Part shown: one piece after another, positions 12,443-24,977 of the stretch
Layout: each line of letters opens with the position of its first letter
Position numbering within the stretch: position 1 is the stretch's first letter
Origin: Selaginella moellendorffii
Lineage: Eukaryota > Plantae > Lycopodiophyta
Direction: 5' to 3'
Length of the DNA stretch: 64,000 nt
Assembly (NCBI RefSeq): GCF_000143415.4
Contig: NW_003314328.1
Span: 124,001 to 188,000 of the forward strand
Made by a program: the position numbers and the translations under genes
Notes under the pieces: generated by a model
The model's database searches: none
Seen by the model: only the letters and a program-made list of their open reading frames with translations
Told to the model about the DNA's origin: nothing

Positions 12443-13989
12443 TGCGACTACAGTGGAATGCACTGGCTCCAGACGCGCGAGAACCCTCCAAAGAGTGTAG
12501 AGTGTACCTCTGCTACTGATGCCAAGTGCTGGTAGCTGCGTGAAATAGTAGAAACTCTAGAAAACAAAGTGGAAAAAAAAAAAAGAGGTAGATATGAAGT
12601 TTGGAGACAAGGAGGAAAACCTGGTGGGAAACTGTAGTCAAACTGGACCCTAAAGGTGAAGAGAAGGTGTAGAAAAGGTGTGAAAAGAGGAGGAAAATAG
12701 AAGAAAAAGAGTGAGTACCCAATAAACTTAACCTGTACCTGGATTTTGGCTCAGGAAAGTTTAATATGCAAATGCAGCCTCTTGATGACTTCCAGTATGC
12801 TCCAAGGATTGGCCGAAATCGAGAAAGAAAGAGAGGTAGAAGAGGGGATGCGTTGCCTAAGGGTGGTAAGTGTGGAAATGATGAAAGATGGAGTGATATA
12901 GTGGAGCACCGAGATGGTGGTGGCACTCTGAAAAGGTGGCCATGGATAAGCATTGGCCTGTAGAGTAACCACTGACCACTTGGAGTAGGCAGTAACTGGT
13001 AACCAGTAACTAGTAACAAGTAACCGGGGACCTATAACCTGTAACCGGTAACCACCTGCTCTTGCTCCTACTTTTGTGCCTGCTCCAGCATCGATATGGT
13101 GGAGTGATATGGTGGAGCGCTGAGATGGGGTGGCAGTTTGAGAAGGTGGCCAGTCTAATGTGTCGGACTGAAGAAGTCAGCAGCTAAAAAGATGTCGGAG
13201 TCACTAGGTTGCCGGTAAAGGGAGGTGGCATGTGTCCACTGAGTGCTAGACCAGAAGAAAGTGGCTTTGGCTTTTGTGGCCTCGCCTAAAGATCCACCTA
13301 GTTGCCTTGAGTGAATAGGTTCATCTGGTTGGAAGAAAGTCACTCCAGAAAAGCTAGTGCGTCATCGGGAAATGGTCGTAAGGACATCTCGGAAACGGCA
13401 TGTCCAAATGAGGTGGTGTCATTTGCTGCTGGTGCATGTATGTGTGTCCCTGGTATGGTGTAATTGTGACCTTAAACGGAGATGTGAATGATGGTGAAAG
13501 AATGAAAGATGCAAGACGGGCATTTAGAGATAAGTGCAGGCAATGCTGCTGGAAGTGATTGGTGATGGAACTATGAGTGTAGATGATATGGAATGAGTGA
13601 AGGGAATGCGTGGGGTGTAGTAATGGTAAGGGAAGGGCCAAAGAACCTAAAACTTAGACTAAGCGAAGCGAGGAACCTCCATACAAACGGCAATGCAGCC
13701 TGAGCGTGAAATCCAAGGCATGGGCCATGGTCCAATGGAGAAACACCCTTTGAAAGTAAGAAAAGTAGCCATGAAAGTAAAGTAAAAGAAAGGAAGAAAA
13801 AGAAAAAGAAAAAGAAGAGAAAAGGAATGCCTCACCGGATGAAGCGTTTGAGATGAGAGTGGTTGTGAGCGTGTGGGAGCTCCCATCCATCAGCATCAAC
13901 TAGCACATATGCTCCACCTCCGATGTGTCGCTGGACAAAGTAGGGCCCGGTCCGGCGAGGGGAGAACTTCGAAGGTGGAGTAAACTCCT

Positions 13990-16240
13990 TGAGTAGAACA
14001 AGATCGCCATCCTCGAATGGTTCGGCAGACTGCTGGCAATCAATGACTGACTTGATCTTCTGCTTGCCTCAAAGGAGATGTTTTGATGTGGATCGTCGCT
14101 GTTCTTCCAAGGCAAGAACCTCCAAGTCACACGCATGAAGCTTGTCCTCATCGCTAAGCTGCATCGCTATTGTGTATCGAAGTGAAAGTGAGAGTGATGG
14201 CACTTGGATCTCCACTAGAAGCACGGCCTCTGTCCCATAGACAAGGGAGAATGGGGTCGCAGAAATGGATGTCTTGAAGGACATCTGAAAGGCCCACAAC
14301 GCCGTAACCAAGTGCTCATGCCAATGCCTTGGGTGATCCTCCACAAGCTTTGAGATGACTGTCTTCAATATCTTGTTGCTGGACTCCGCCTGGCCATTGC
14401 ACTCAAGATAATAGCTGCTGCTCTTCACGTGCTTGACCTGTAGCTACTGGAGAGGATGCTGCATCACCTGTCCAAGGAAGCCACTGCCACGATCGGAAAT
14501 CAAAACAGTAGGAACTCCGAATTGGCAAATGATGTACTCGTAGACAAACTTTGCTGTAGACTGTTGATTTGCTTGTCGCAGAGGGGTAGCCTCAACCCAT
14601 TTTGTGAAATAGTCCGTCGCCACGATGATGTATCACTGCCCTTTTGAGCTCAGTGGGTTGATTGGGCCGACAAAGTCAAGTCCCCACTGGAAAAAGGGAC
14701 CTGGAGAAGTAATGAGCTAGAAAGGAAGACGTGGAACATGGCTCCGGGGGTTGAACCGTTGGCACTGCTCACATGCCTTTGCATAGGCCAAGCTGTCCTA
14801 GTGAATCCGAGGCCAAAAGTAGCCATGGTGCAAGAGGAGTTGTGCTGTGACCCATCCCGAGAAATGCCCCGCACAAGAGTGGAAAGCACGAAGGAGCTCA
14901 AGGACATCGTGTTCCCCCACACACCGCAACAAATCCTCCTGAGAAGTCCTCCCGTAAAGGTGTCTGTCGAGAAGGCAAAACTCCCGTGCTCAGATCTCCA
15001 ATGCCTTTTGTTGCACTAGTGAGGAATTTGTTGGGAACTGACCTGAATCCAGGTACATGGCAACGTCCTATAATGCTGCTGGGACCACAAAGGAAGTAGC
15101 TTCAGCAACCAAGAACTCGCTCGGATCCATCACACGCTCCTGCCGTATGTGAAAAGTTGGCTGGAACTCTTGGATGGTCACAATCCAAGATAAAGTATGA
15201 GGATTGTGAACCGGTCACTAGAAAAGAAAGGTCAGCACATTAAAATAGACGTGGAAATGGATATGGGCTCCAGCGAGAAAGTGACAAAATTGCTCCAAGG
15301 TGTAAACAATAGCCACTGCTTCTTTTTCCGCATCCACGTACTTCTTCTCAGTCTCCTTGAACAAATGTGATGCATAGTATGTTGCATGTGGTGGCTTGCC
15401 AGGCTGTGAACATTGGCAAAGGCATACTCCAAAAGCCTCTGTACCCGTTGTGATATAAATGTCGAAAGGAAGTTGTCGTTCTGGTGGTTGGAGTACCGGG
15501 GCCCAGAAAAATGGAACGTTGTGTTGTAGTAGAGCTATCAGAGTTCGTTAACGTGCAGCATAGTTGTGGAGGAAATGGCAAAAAAAAACCCATTTACCTA
15601 AGGAAGCTGCGAAGCTACTTCAAGTTGGTTGGTGGGTTCCGATCCAAAATCTCCTGAGCCTTGGCTACCTGGGGTTTGATCCCATCCTAGGAGACATCAA
15701 AGCCTAGTAACTGGCCTTCAGTCACCCCAAATTTACACTTTTCTGGGTTTCAATGAAAACATGTGTTGTCAGCAGCGAGTGAAGTTCTATTCCAAGTGCA
15801 CAAGGTGATCCTCAAAGGAGTCAGAGGTTGTGCACATATCATCCATATACACCCTCAAGGTGCCTCCAATCAAGTCGTGAAAGGCGTGGGTCATAAAGCG
15901 CTTTAAAGTAGTTCTGGCGTTACACAAGCCAAATGGGAGGACATGGAAAGCAAAGACGCCCCAAGGTGTCCAGAAGGCCGTAAGATCTCGATGATCCAGA
16001 TGAATGAAGATCTGGTTGTACTTTGAAAAGCCATCCATGAAAGAGTAGTACTGGTGTCCAGCCATCTCATCTACAATCGCATCAATAAATGGAGTTGGAA
16101 AGTGACCCTTCGCAGTTGCCTTGTTCAAGTCTCAAAAATCAACGCAGAGGCAGAGTTTTTCATTTGCCTTGCGTGCAGGGATGAGATTGGCCACCCACTC
16201 TAAGCTCTCGAAAGGGTAAATAAAGTGCCACAAATCGCCT
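13990..16240 (-). pseudogene. Tat-type Ty3/gypsy pol 3' half (RT, RNase H, integrase), degenerate
   Basis: EWVANLIPARKANEKLCLCVDF*DLNKATAKGHFPTPFID, YSFMDGFSKYNQI and VYMDD (RT); CNGQAESSNKIL and TPFSLVYGTEAVLLVEI (INT). No extra RNase H between RH and INT. Confidence 0.85.
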
Positions 16241-17342
16241 AGCTCAAGCTCGCTCCACCCAACAGAAGGTCCACACGGATCCATTTGGGTAGTGAAGAGA
16301 TCGCTCCAGGATCACCAGTCCCAATAGGATTGCTGGCTTCATGGTTCACTATCTTCTTTGGTCCCCCTGGTTGATCAAAAAGAGGACTCAATAGTGGACC
16401 AATCAGTGGCAGAAGTCCCGCCCCTAGGAAAAAAGCAAAAAAAAAAAAAAAAAAAAAGAAAAAAAGCAAGAAGAGGGCCACGTTTGACTGGAGGAATGGA
16501 AGCTTGAAGCACTAGAAAGGGACAGAAGCACCCGAGAAGCAAAATAAGTGCCAATCACTCCAAGTTCTGGTCCTTAGAACACAAGGACACTAGAAAGGCA
16601 TTTCACGGGCGTGGTAGCAATGGACGAACATAGACAGTCTGACAGACTTGGATTGATACTCAGCAGCACTTGGGACAGCTCTCAATGACCCACAAAGATT
16701 GTCCTCTCCTGCACCCATGAATCGGCAAAACAAGGTCCTCCCTCGAACCTCAGAACTGCAGAAAGTGTCATGGCAAGGGGCACACAGGTATGGACGTTGA
16801 TCAGTTGTTCCACCTCCAGATCATTTTTCACATGGTCGGGAGCATCCCTCCCCAAGAATCCATGAACCGCCCGATCAAAAATTTCTTCCCGCTCAGATGA
16901 AGCCCATGCGAGAAATGGCTAAGTCCCAAGCACGGTCAGGATTGTCTGAAAAAAGATCCAACGGCCTGGAGTAGACAGTGACAAACACCAAAAAATCACG
17001 CACAGGGACAACCGTACACGTACCGAGCCGATCAGCATCGCAACCATTGAATCCTGAGAGGCAAGCTCCAACCGAAGGATCTACTGCCTTCCCCACGCAC
17101 AAGTCCCAGCCACGGCTAAGATCAACTGTGGCAAGATCGCACGGTCCAGAATGGATGGGAAAGACGACGAAGGAAAAGAAAAATGTCACCATCTCCCACG
17201 TGTCACCAGGGAACACTCCCCCCCCCGGGCCAAGAGCAGTAGCAACAACCTTAAACTAGCCCTTGCCCGGAAAAGTTGAATCGAGTTCGAGAGCGACTGG
17301 AGAGTGGAAGAAAGCAAGCTGAGAAAGGAGAAAAGAAGAGGA

Positions 17343-17366
17343 AAGCTCTATTTCGTTAAAGTGGGA
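17343..17366 (+). repeat. Left TIR, copy 1 (24 bp)
   Basis: aagctctatttcgttaaagtggga; matches the reverse complement of 30316-30339 at 23/24 positions. Confidence 0.93.
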
Positions 17367-17784
17367 ATTGTCATTATCCCACTTGTAAAATAAAGTTTCC
17401 AAACCTTTATATAGTATATAAATATAACAAAATTCAACTGCATTGAGGCACATGCCATTTTATTTTAAACAAGGAAATGTCTACTCAATCACTTCTCCTC
17501 CCCCTGCCACTGCTTCACCTCTCTCTTCTCCTTGTCATCGTCGTCCAATTTCTTTCCATCCTTTTAATATTGGCTCAGTTGCTCCGAGTCTAGGTGGAGC
17601 CCAAGTCCCCATTCAATCTTTACTTTCCCCTTATTAATAAAACAACTTCGTAGACTTCTAATAACATGCTGTAACACTTCTAGTATAATGCAAATCCTCT
17701 CAAAGAATTGTCTTTTAATATTAATACAATGGCATGGAACCCCATGCCATAATAAGTTACATTTTTAAATAAATACATGCCATC

Positions 17785-20700
17785 TCAGACTGTTATTTTT
17801 TGCCTCCAACGCCTATACAATAATCTTGGAATTTCATCACTCTCCACACTATCAGGATTTAAACCCAATAGTAATGCCATCTCTTCTCTAATACGTTCAC
17901 GCTCATGTTCAATGGTCAAAGAACCCATCCGGTTGAGCAGATTATGGAGATGCGGATAGTGCTTGGCTAGACAATATACATGCCATAAATGATGACTGGT
18001 GTCTGTCCGATCAAATGGCTTCTGATATACCGTTCCATCTGCCATTTGGTTGATTTCTGCAGCCACCTCCTGGACTGGCCGGTTCTCTATCACCATCGCT
18101 TCAAGCCGTTTTGCAAGGTCCCCTAGAACATACGGTTTCTTCTCCCTAGTTTCCATACTGCAAGAGATGGGGTGCACTGCATATGTGTGCGTGTTCGCTG
18201 CAGTTTTAATCGGCAAGTCATCGATGATGAGGATTTCACTTGACCTAGCAGTCCGGTTCATCACTACAGCCTCTGGCTTGACGAAGATGGGCTTGCTACC
18301 CCTCACATGGACCATAGTCAAGCAATCCTCCTGCGTTAGGAGAAAGTCAAATGGTAATATTACTCGTGTCTGATCGTGCATCATCTGTAGCAACGTTAAT
18401 GCATTGTGGCGCATCATGGATGTCCAAACTCCCAATTGCAAATTGAACCCGGCCCTCTGTTTTAAGTGTCGCATGGTCATTATTAGATCCCGCAGTTTCT
18501 CCCGTGTGATTAATGTGAATCTGTCTCTTTTGACCAACTTGCGACCGCAGGCTTTGGAGGGTGTAGTGACATTCGAGGACGAGCCACGCTCATGGGAGAA
18601 AAGGACACCGTTCAGATCAAAAACGATACAGTACTTTCGCCGTGACTCTGAAATGAAATGCGTCAGCATAAAAAATGGTACAAGTCAATTTTACCATCTA
18701 CAATATTAGCGAATGGTGCTCCCGATGGTCGTTCAGAGGGTTTTGGTCGAGGAAACGTGAAAGGCGGAAATACTCTCCCCTGCAATGTGGGGTCAATCGC
18801 ATCTGATGGCGTGTGGGCACATGCCATTTCAGCTGTAGACTCTGGTACAACTGGCTCAACAGTGGCATGGGGTGGTTCCGATGGCGTGTGATCACACGCC
18901 ATTTCAGCTGGTGCCTCCGTTGGCAAAGTGGACATGACCGAACAGGCAGCAGGGGCGGTGTAGGGAGGTTCCAACGGCGCGTAGTCAGACGATTGGGCAC
19001 ACGTTGAGTCCGTTGGAAATGAGGATACGACCGGCTCGGCGGCTGGGGCGGCCTCATGCAGGTCCAATGGCGCCTGGTCACCATCAGTTGGATACGTGGA
19101 CAAGATTGACTCAGTGGTATGGGCAGCATCAAGTGGAGCGTGGTCAGCTTGCTTGGCGTTGATATGGATAGTAGCCTCCACCAGCTCTGATGACTCTTGC
19201 AGGCAAGTAGAGTCCACTGGCGGATCCATATGCATGTCCAAATATCTCCCTTCGATTGAGATGGTATCCTCCCTACTGGCTACTAAAAAAAAACTCATTA
19301 GCACATTGAATCGACTATACTGTATTTACCATCAACTGCTATTGGGCGCACTACTGATTCTGAAGGATTGGACATACGTTTCGACCCTTGCTTGGCACTA
19401 TCCTTCCTCGACACTAAAGGCTAGAGTTTGTATCTTAATTCAACTGAATAATCTCTACTTACCATTTCTTCTGCGACCTACATGGACAATGTTAGAAATG
19501 GTAAAAGGTTAGGAATGGATGTACTATTATTTACCTGATGGTTTGTCTTGTATGACCTTCCTCCGCTGCTCTTTGGCCACCTCAAGCTGGCCATCATCGT
19601 CATCATCGTCATCGTCGTTATTGTGATCGTCACCATTGTGAGGACCATCCAAGTCCTCTTCGTCCTCCTCTTCTTCGTCCTCCTCTTCTTTGTCCTCCTC
19701 TTCGTCCTTCTGCTCTTCCTGCTCATTATCTTTCTCTGGCTCCTCATCCCCCTCCTGCATTTCTTCCATAGGCTGCTCAGGCTGGATGGCTTGTTTTTCC
19801 AGGACCATCTTGGGAAAATCATCTGGCCGAGTCTCCATCTCAAAATACAAGACATCCATAGCCTGTTTCAGTGCTTGACCTAGGACCGTATCCTCACCCG
19901 ACTGTCTTAACATGGTTTCTGCACGTTCTTGCACCCTTCGAAGACGACGAGATGAGAAAAACGTGGCCCTAACTTGAAAAGCATCCCTCATCCATTGTAC
20001 CTCTCCATTGAGATTGGGGAAGGGGAGTCCGCCATAGGAATTTGAGTCAGGAGGTGGTGACTGGCTCCTTTCACTCAGCCCTTGATCTGCAATGAATGGC
20101 ATGAGCACACACGCCATAACTGCGAGGCATTACCTATCATCTTTTCGTTGCCCTTCTTCCTTTTTGAATCAAACGCCTCTGATCCTGACGATTGTCCAAC
20201 GTGCTTTCGCTTTTTATGACCACTGTCAGTTTGAGCTTGACTGGTGCTTGCCTGTTTTGCCTTTGAAGAAGTGTCTCCTGCAAGGAATGGCATGAGACCA
20301 CACGCTATTGCAAATATAATTTGTACCTCCTTTTTTCCTATTGCTTGTCTGTTTGTCCTTCTTCGACGCGCCACCAGTGCACTTTTCAGTCCTCGTGTCT
20401 GAATATTCACAACGATCTATAATCAAAATGGCGTGAGGCCTCACGTGACCTTACCTTGTGCAGGTTGTGAGCTCGGCCTAACATCAGTAGCTGTTAACGC
20501 CGTTTCAGCATTTGGGGGTGGCCACGCTCCTGCATACAGAGCTTGTGAGATAACATTTAAACTTAAAGTGCGTACTCACCAGGTTCGCAGAGAAGATACT
20601 GTTTTTCTTTGGCAACTATAATTATATGCTCCATTGAAGTCACCTCTTCAATGGAGTTTGTCACCGCAACACACGGGACACCCTTGAGTAGTGCGGCTCG

Positions 20701-23363
20701 AAAGAATAGTCTGCCGCAGTTGTACTCGACAACGCATTTGCCCTTGGAGTCACCTGCTATTGCATTGAAGACCCAGCTAAGCATTTCCCATGCTGCACCT
20801 GGAGCTTTCTTTGGATTCGAAAGCTCCATAGCCGTCTTCAGTTCCTCAGGCACGGGTAAATTGACCTCCCTCAGATCAATTCGATCGGCCTTGTTGAACG
20901 AAGCTGGGAAGTCACTCCAGTCCCACTCTGCTGCAGGACCAATAACAAGGGCGAGTGTGAAGATGCGGACATTCGTCGGTATCTTCTTCTTAGCCATTAT
21001 CCCATGGATCTCCCGCATCTCCTTGCCTTTCAACCGAGCCTTCACCTCGTTCAAGGCCTTCCAGAATTTGTGATAGGATTCGGAGTCGTAGATCATATAG
21101 TGGACTGAAGATTCCACCTCCGCAAGTCCCACCATTAAGTCAATGATGGAGCTGACTTCGTCTGCATGAGTGATCTCCTCGTTTGTGAAGTCCATCACAC
21201 AAAAGATGTTCTTGACCTGCTCATCTCCACGGGAAACGATGCTCCTCCACCTTTGATCCTCATCCGAATTCACGTATACCCGGTAAGGTTCTCGATAGGC
21301 CTCTACTGCGGGGTCAAGCTGTTTCTGAAGCCGGCGGTCGACATCCCTCTTAATGAAATTTGGATACTGATCCAACTTCTCAGCTTTACTTTTCGTGGCA
21401 TCCCGCAGCAGATCGATGAACTTGGGGGCCCCCTTCACGTACTCGTCGATGTCTTCATTTGACAAGTCCAGCTCTTCCATCATCTCTTGCGTGGTGTCGA
21501 TGCTCACCCTCTTCACGGCCACTTGCTCGAAGATCCAATCCTTCAATAGCGCACGAGCTCTCAGAGTCGTGCACAAGTCCTCGTATGTCACAATATGGCC
21601 GGGAGTCATTTTGGTCTTGTTGAAGACTACCTCACCACGTAGAAGAGCATTAGCCACTGTCAGAAGGTCATCGTCGTCTAGAGACCGCGAGAAACGCAAG
21701 GCGTTGAGCTTCAAATCATTGGGCTTCCGGCCGTCCTCCACACCCATTGAGTTTAGCAACTCCCCGTCATGGTACCTCCTCAGCACATCTACCCATTTGT
21801 CAAAAACAACTTTTGTCGCGAGTAGAATGTTATGGATGCTGAGTGTGTCATTGACCCCCAGTGTTTTCGAGAGAAGACTCGAGAATTCCTGCAATGGAAA
21901 TGGCGTGAGGCCACATGCTATGCCACATGCAACGAGGCTTACCTGCCAGGCACTAGTTGCTAGTGCACGTCCTTGTCCTGGTTTTTGTGGCTTCTTCAGT
22001 TGAACCCAGAGCTTCCGTATTCGTGCCAATGTCTCGTGCAGACCCGATTTGTAGCACGTTTCTTGCTTGACATTCTGCGCGTGGGAGATGGATATGATAG
22101 ATCGGAGGGGCGAGTTGCCTTTTATCAGGCGGACAACTCTTGTCTTGAAGACTTTCTTCACCTCCTCACCCACCATAATATCCAGAACTATCTCTTGCAT
22201 CGCCAAGCTAGAATGCTGCCCGGAGACAGCATAGAACCGGATGTTCTGATCGTGCAACACCTTCCTATTGATCAAGTTTGGAAACCTCGTCTCGCCCTTC
22301 ATTGTTTGGTAGTAGGGGATCACGTCTGCGATGTCGGGTGTTTCTGGACTTGTCAGCATCTTCTGCTTCAGTTTCTCCACCCACTCATCAGATACTAGCC
22401 TGTGGTTGTATTTGCTTTGGATGTCGATACGGCTCACGTTGATTGTATATACTTTGTTGGAATAGTAACAAGTACTATTATCTGCGACGATTTTTGCTGC
22501 CTCTTCTTGCTCTTTCTGCTCTTTGCGGCTCTTCTTTTTGGTGGGTGTAGTGTTCGAACCCGAGGCAATGGCATCACCGAGTAGCTTCTTTTTTGGAGCA
22601 GCAGAGTCGGACGTCGGCTTGAGCTTGACCACCCTTTTCTGCTTCGGGGTAGTTTCCAGATCGACCCCCTTCCCCTTCGCTTCGCGAACTGGAGGCACTC
22701 TCAACGGCTCAATGTTGGAATATAGTTTTTGAACATCGCCGTAGGTGAGGTCTGTGGATTCCATGTGATCTTCATAGACCCGCAGCGTCTTTGAAATTGT
22801 GGGCCTCCTGGACAACCTCTCCCTAGCTCCCTCTAGGAATTCCTCATAGCCCCTGCCCCCCTTCGGGAAGCTGCTAGGATGTGCAAGGTGGATCTTGAAG
22901 GCAGACGCTGTCTCTACCACAAGTGCCAATCCATATTCTTGCATGGAACTGCATGGAGTGTCTGTCACTTGGATGAGGATCCCCATGCATTCTTTTCTCC
23001 CACCATCTGTGTTGTACAGCATCAGATCCTCGCCTTCCATCCCGAAAGTCCAACTGGTGAGCTCCTCCCCCTTCTCTGCATCCACATTGACAGTGGCTGG
23101 AAGAAGAACGCAATTCCTCGCCTCTTCAGAAATGCACAACAATTAGAGCTGACAGATGAAAAGCTAGCAACTGGAAATAACGTGAGGCCACACGCCATTC
23201 ACCACTGCATCAGATGTCTTGAGGCTGCATCCTAAGATGGCGTGAGGCTACACACCATCTGTAACCAGACTGCACTCGAGAGCCCAATCGGTGCATGCCA
23301 ATGTTGCTACTGAATGGCATGTGGCCTCATGCTATTTTCTACTTGGCCTAAAAGACTTACCAT
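17785..23363 (-). CDS. Transposon accessory gene, 11 exons, ~1,630 aa: ParB-like/HTH + degenerate amino-MTase-like + acidic/Pro-rich linker + FCP1/NIF-like HAD domain; apparently intact in this copy
   Basis: ORFs 20563-23142, 19527-20117, 18663-19304 and 17785-18669, plus micro-exons, join in frame through short GT-AG introns (frames checked base by base in copy 2). ATG at 23361-23363 is followed directly by GTAAGT. The first acceptor is GAG here and CAG in copy 2. Confidence 0.8.
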
Positions 23364-23559
23364 TTGAAGTCGAATGGAGGCCGTGACAATCGAGGCCGGA
23401 CTCGCTGGCGAATGTGCACTGTGTGTGCAGCGGATCGTAGCAGCAAGGCTACTCTGCCACTTACAGTTGGAGAGTGGCGCTGAAATCTCCCGGGACGCCA
23501 AGTGGGCTGCGTGTGGGTGGCGGAGTGGGCGGCGAAGTTACAAACTGGGTGTGTCTTGA

Positions 23560-23745
23560 AGTGGACGCCGATGCACACGAGCGCGATGCGAGCGCGAGTG
23601 GACGCCGATGCACACGAGAAACCTGTAGAGAAGTGAGCATGATCGCGAGTGGGAGCGCGATGCGAGTGGGAGCGCAAGTGTGATGCGAGCGCGAGCGCGA
23701 GTGTGATGCGAGTGCGAGCGCGAGTGTGATGCGAGCGCGAGTACG
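23560..23745. repeat. CG-rich tandem repeats (GCGAGCGCGAGTGTGAT-like units) upstream of the accessory gene
   Basis: Repeats visible directly; about 160 bp shorter in copy 2 (51555-51620). Confidence 0.8.
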
Positions 23746-24957
23746 AAGCAAAATGCAAAACCTAACCTCACACGCGCGAAATGTCACAACGGTTGGTAAT
23801 CCCGCCACGTCATCATTCCTCGGACTTGGGCGCCACCATTAATTTTTGGATTGCTGCGCGCATGCAAGCACGCAAAATCCAAAAGAAATCCGCAACGTCA
23901 TCATTCCTCGGACTGCATGCACGCGAAATCCAAAAAAAAGATCATGATTGGGATATCATTTAATACCCTCGCTATATTTATACCATGCATGATTGGATAT
24001 TCCAAAGCATCTTGTATTTCCAAAAATGGCAGATGTTCAGCTAAATAAAGAAATTCTATCTGTTTCTATTTTTCTCTCAAATCAATATTATAGCGTGTGG
24101 GCTCATGCAATTTTGAACCAAAGAAACCCAAAAAACGTTGGACCCAAAATATTTTGAAAAAACCCAAAAAACCCTAAACATTTTAAACCCAAAAATCCAG
24201 GCGTCCTGTGGCGTTATTCCTTGAATGGCATGTGGGCGCATGCCATTTTCAAGGCCAAATGCTGAATGGAGAAAAATTCCCTTTCAGTGCAAATGCTGCA
24301 AGAGGCAGATGCCGAGCACAAAAGACTGTAACTACCTCACATGACACAGATAAACTTTTTTCTATTTCGCAAAGATAAACTTTATAGCGTGTGGGCTCAT
24401 GCAATTTTGAACCCAAAAAATGCACCAAAAAATTCTCGGCGTCATCTGGCGTTATCTCTTGAATGGCGTGGGGCCGCATGCCATTTTCAGGGGCACATAG
24501 GAGTATATTCCTAGGATATTCTGATACGCGCGAGATTGTTTTGAGTTTTCTGGAGATCCAACCGTTAGATCGCAACTAGATTTTACAGAATGGTATACAA
24601 TGTCTTTCTTGATGACCCTGCAAAGAAGCATCTCGATCGGACACCACATGAGACCACACGAGCCTTACAATGTTTCAGGGGCATTTGCCATAGATCTGAC
24701 CGTTATTTTGCTCCAAGATTTTACAGTTTGGTGTGCATTGACCTTTCCATCAACACTGCAAAGGGACATCACAATCAGATGCGGGATCACAAGAAACTAA
24801 CTTCACTAACTCTGGTTTCACCAAGATCTACGTAAGGAGTTATGAAATGAAAGGACCCTCTCTATTGAAATGTGTTTATGGTCCTAGGGGCATTGTGACA
24901 TATCAAAGGATTTTGCATCAAGTTTTGTATTTGCATGTTTATCAAGCTACTGAATTG

Positions 24958-24977
24958 CTAAACCCTAAACCCTAAAC
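24958..24977 (+). repeat. Short plant telomere-type (CCCTAAA)n / telo-box tract
   Basis: ctaaaccctaaaccctaaac; one unit longer in copy 2 (50317-50343). Confidence 0.75.

Noticed and set aside
16429-16465. A-rich tract as the poly(A) tail of the LINE
   Set aside because: After undoing the inversion it lies upstream of the LINE 5' end, and no TSD was found. The origin of 16240-17340 is unresolved.
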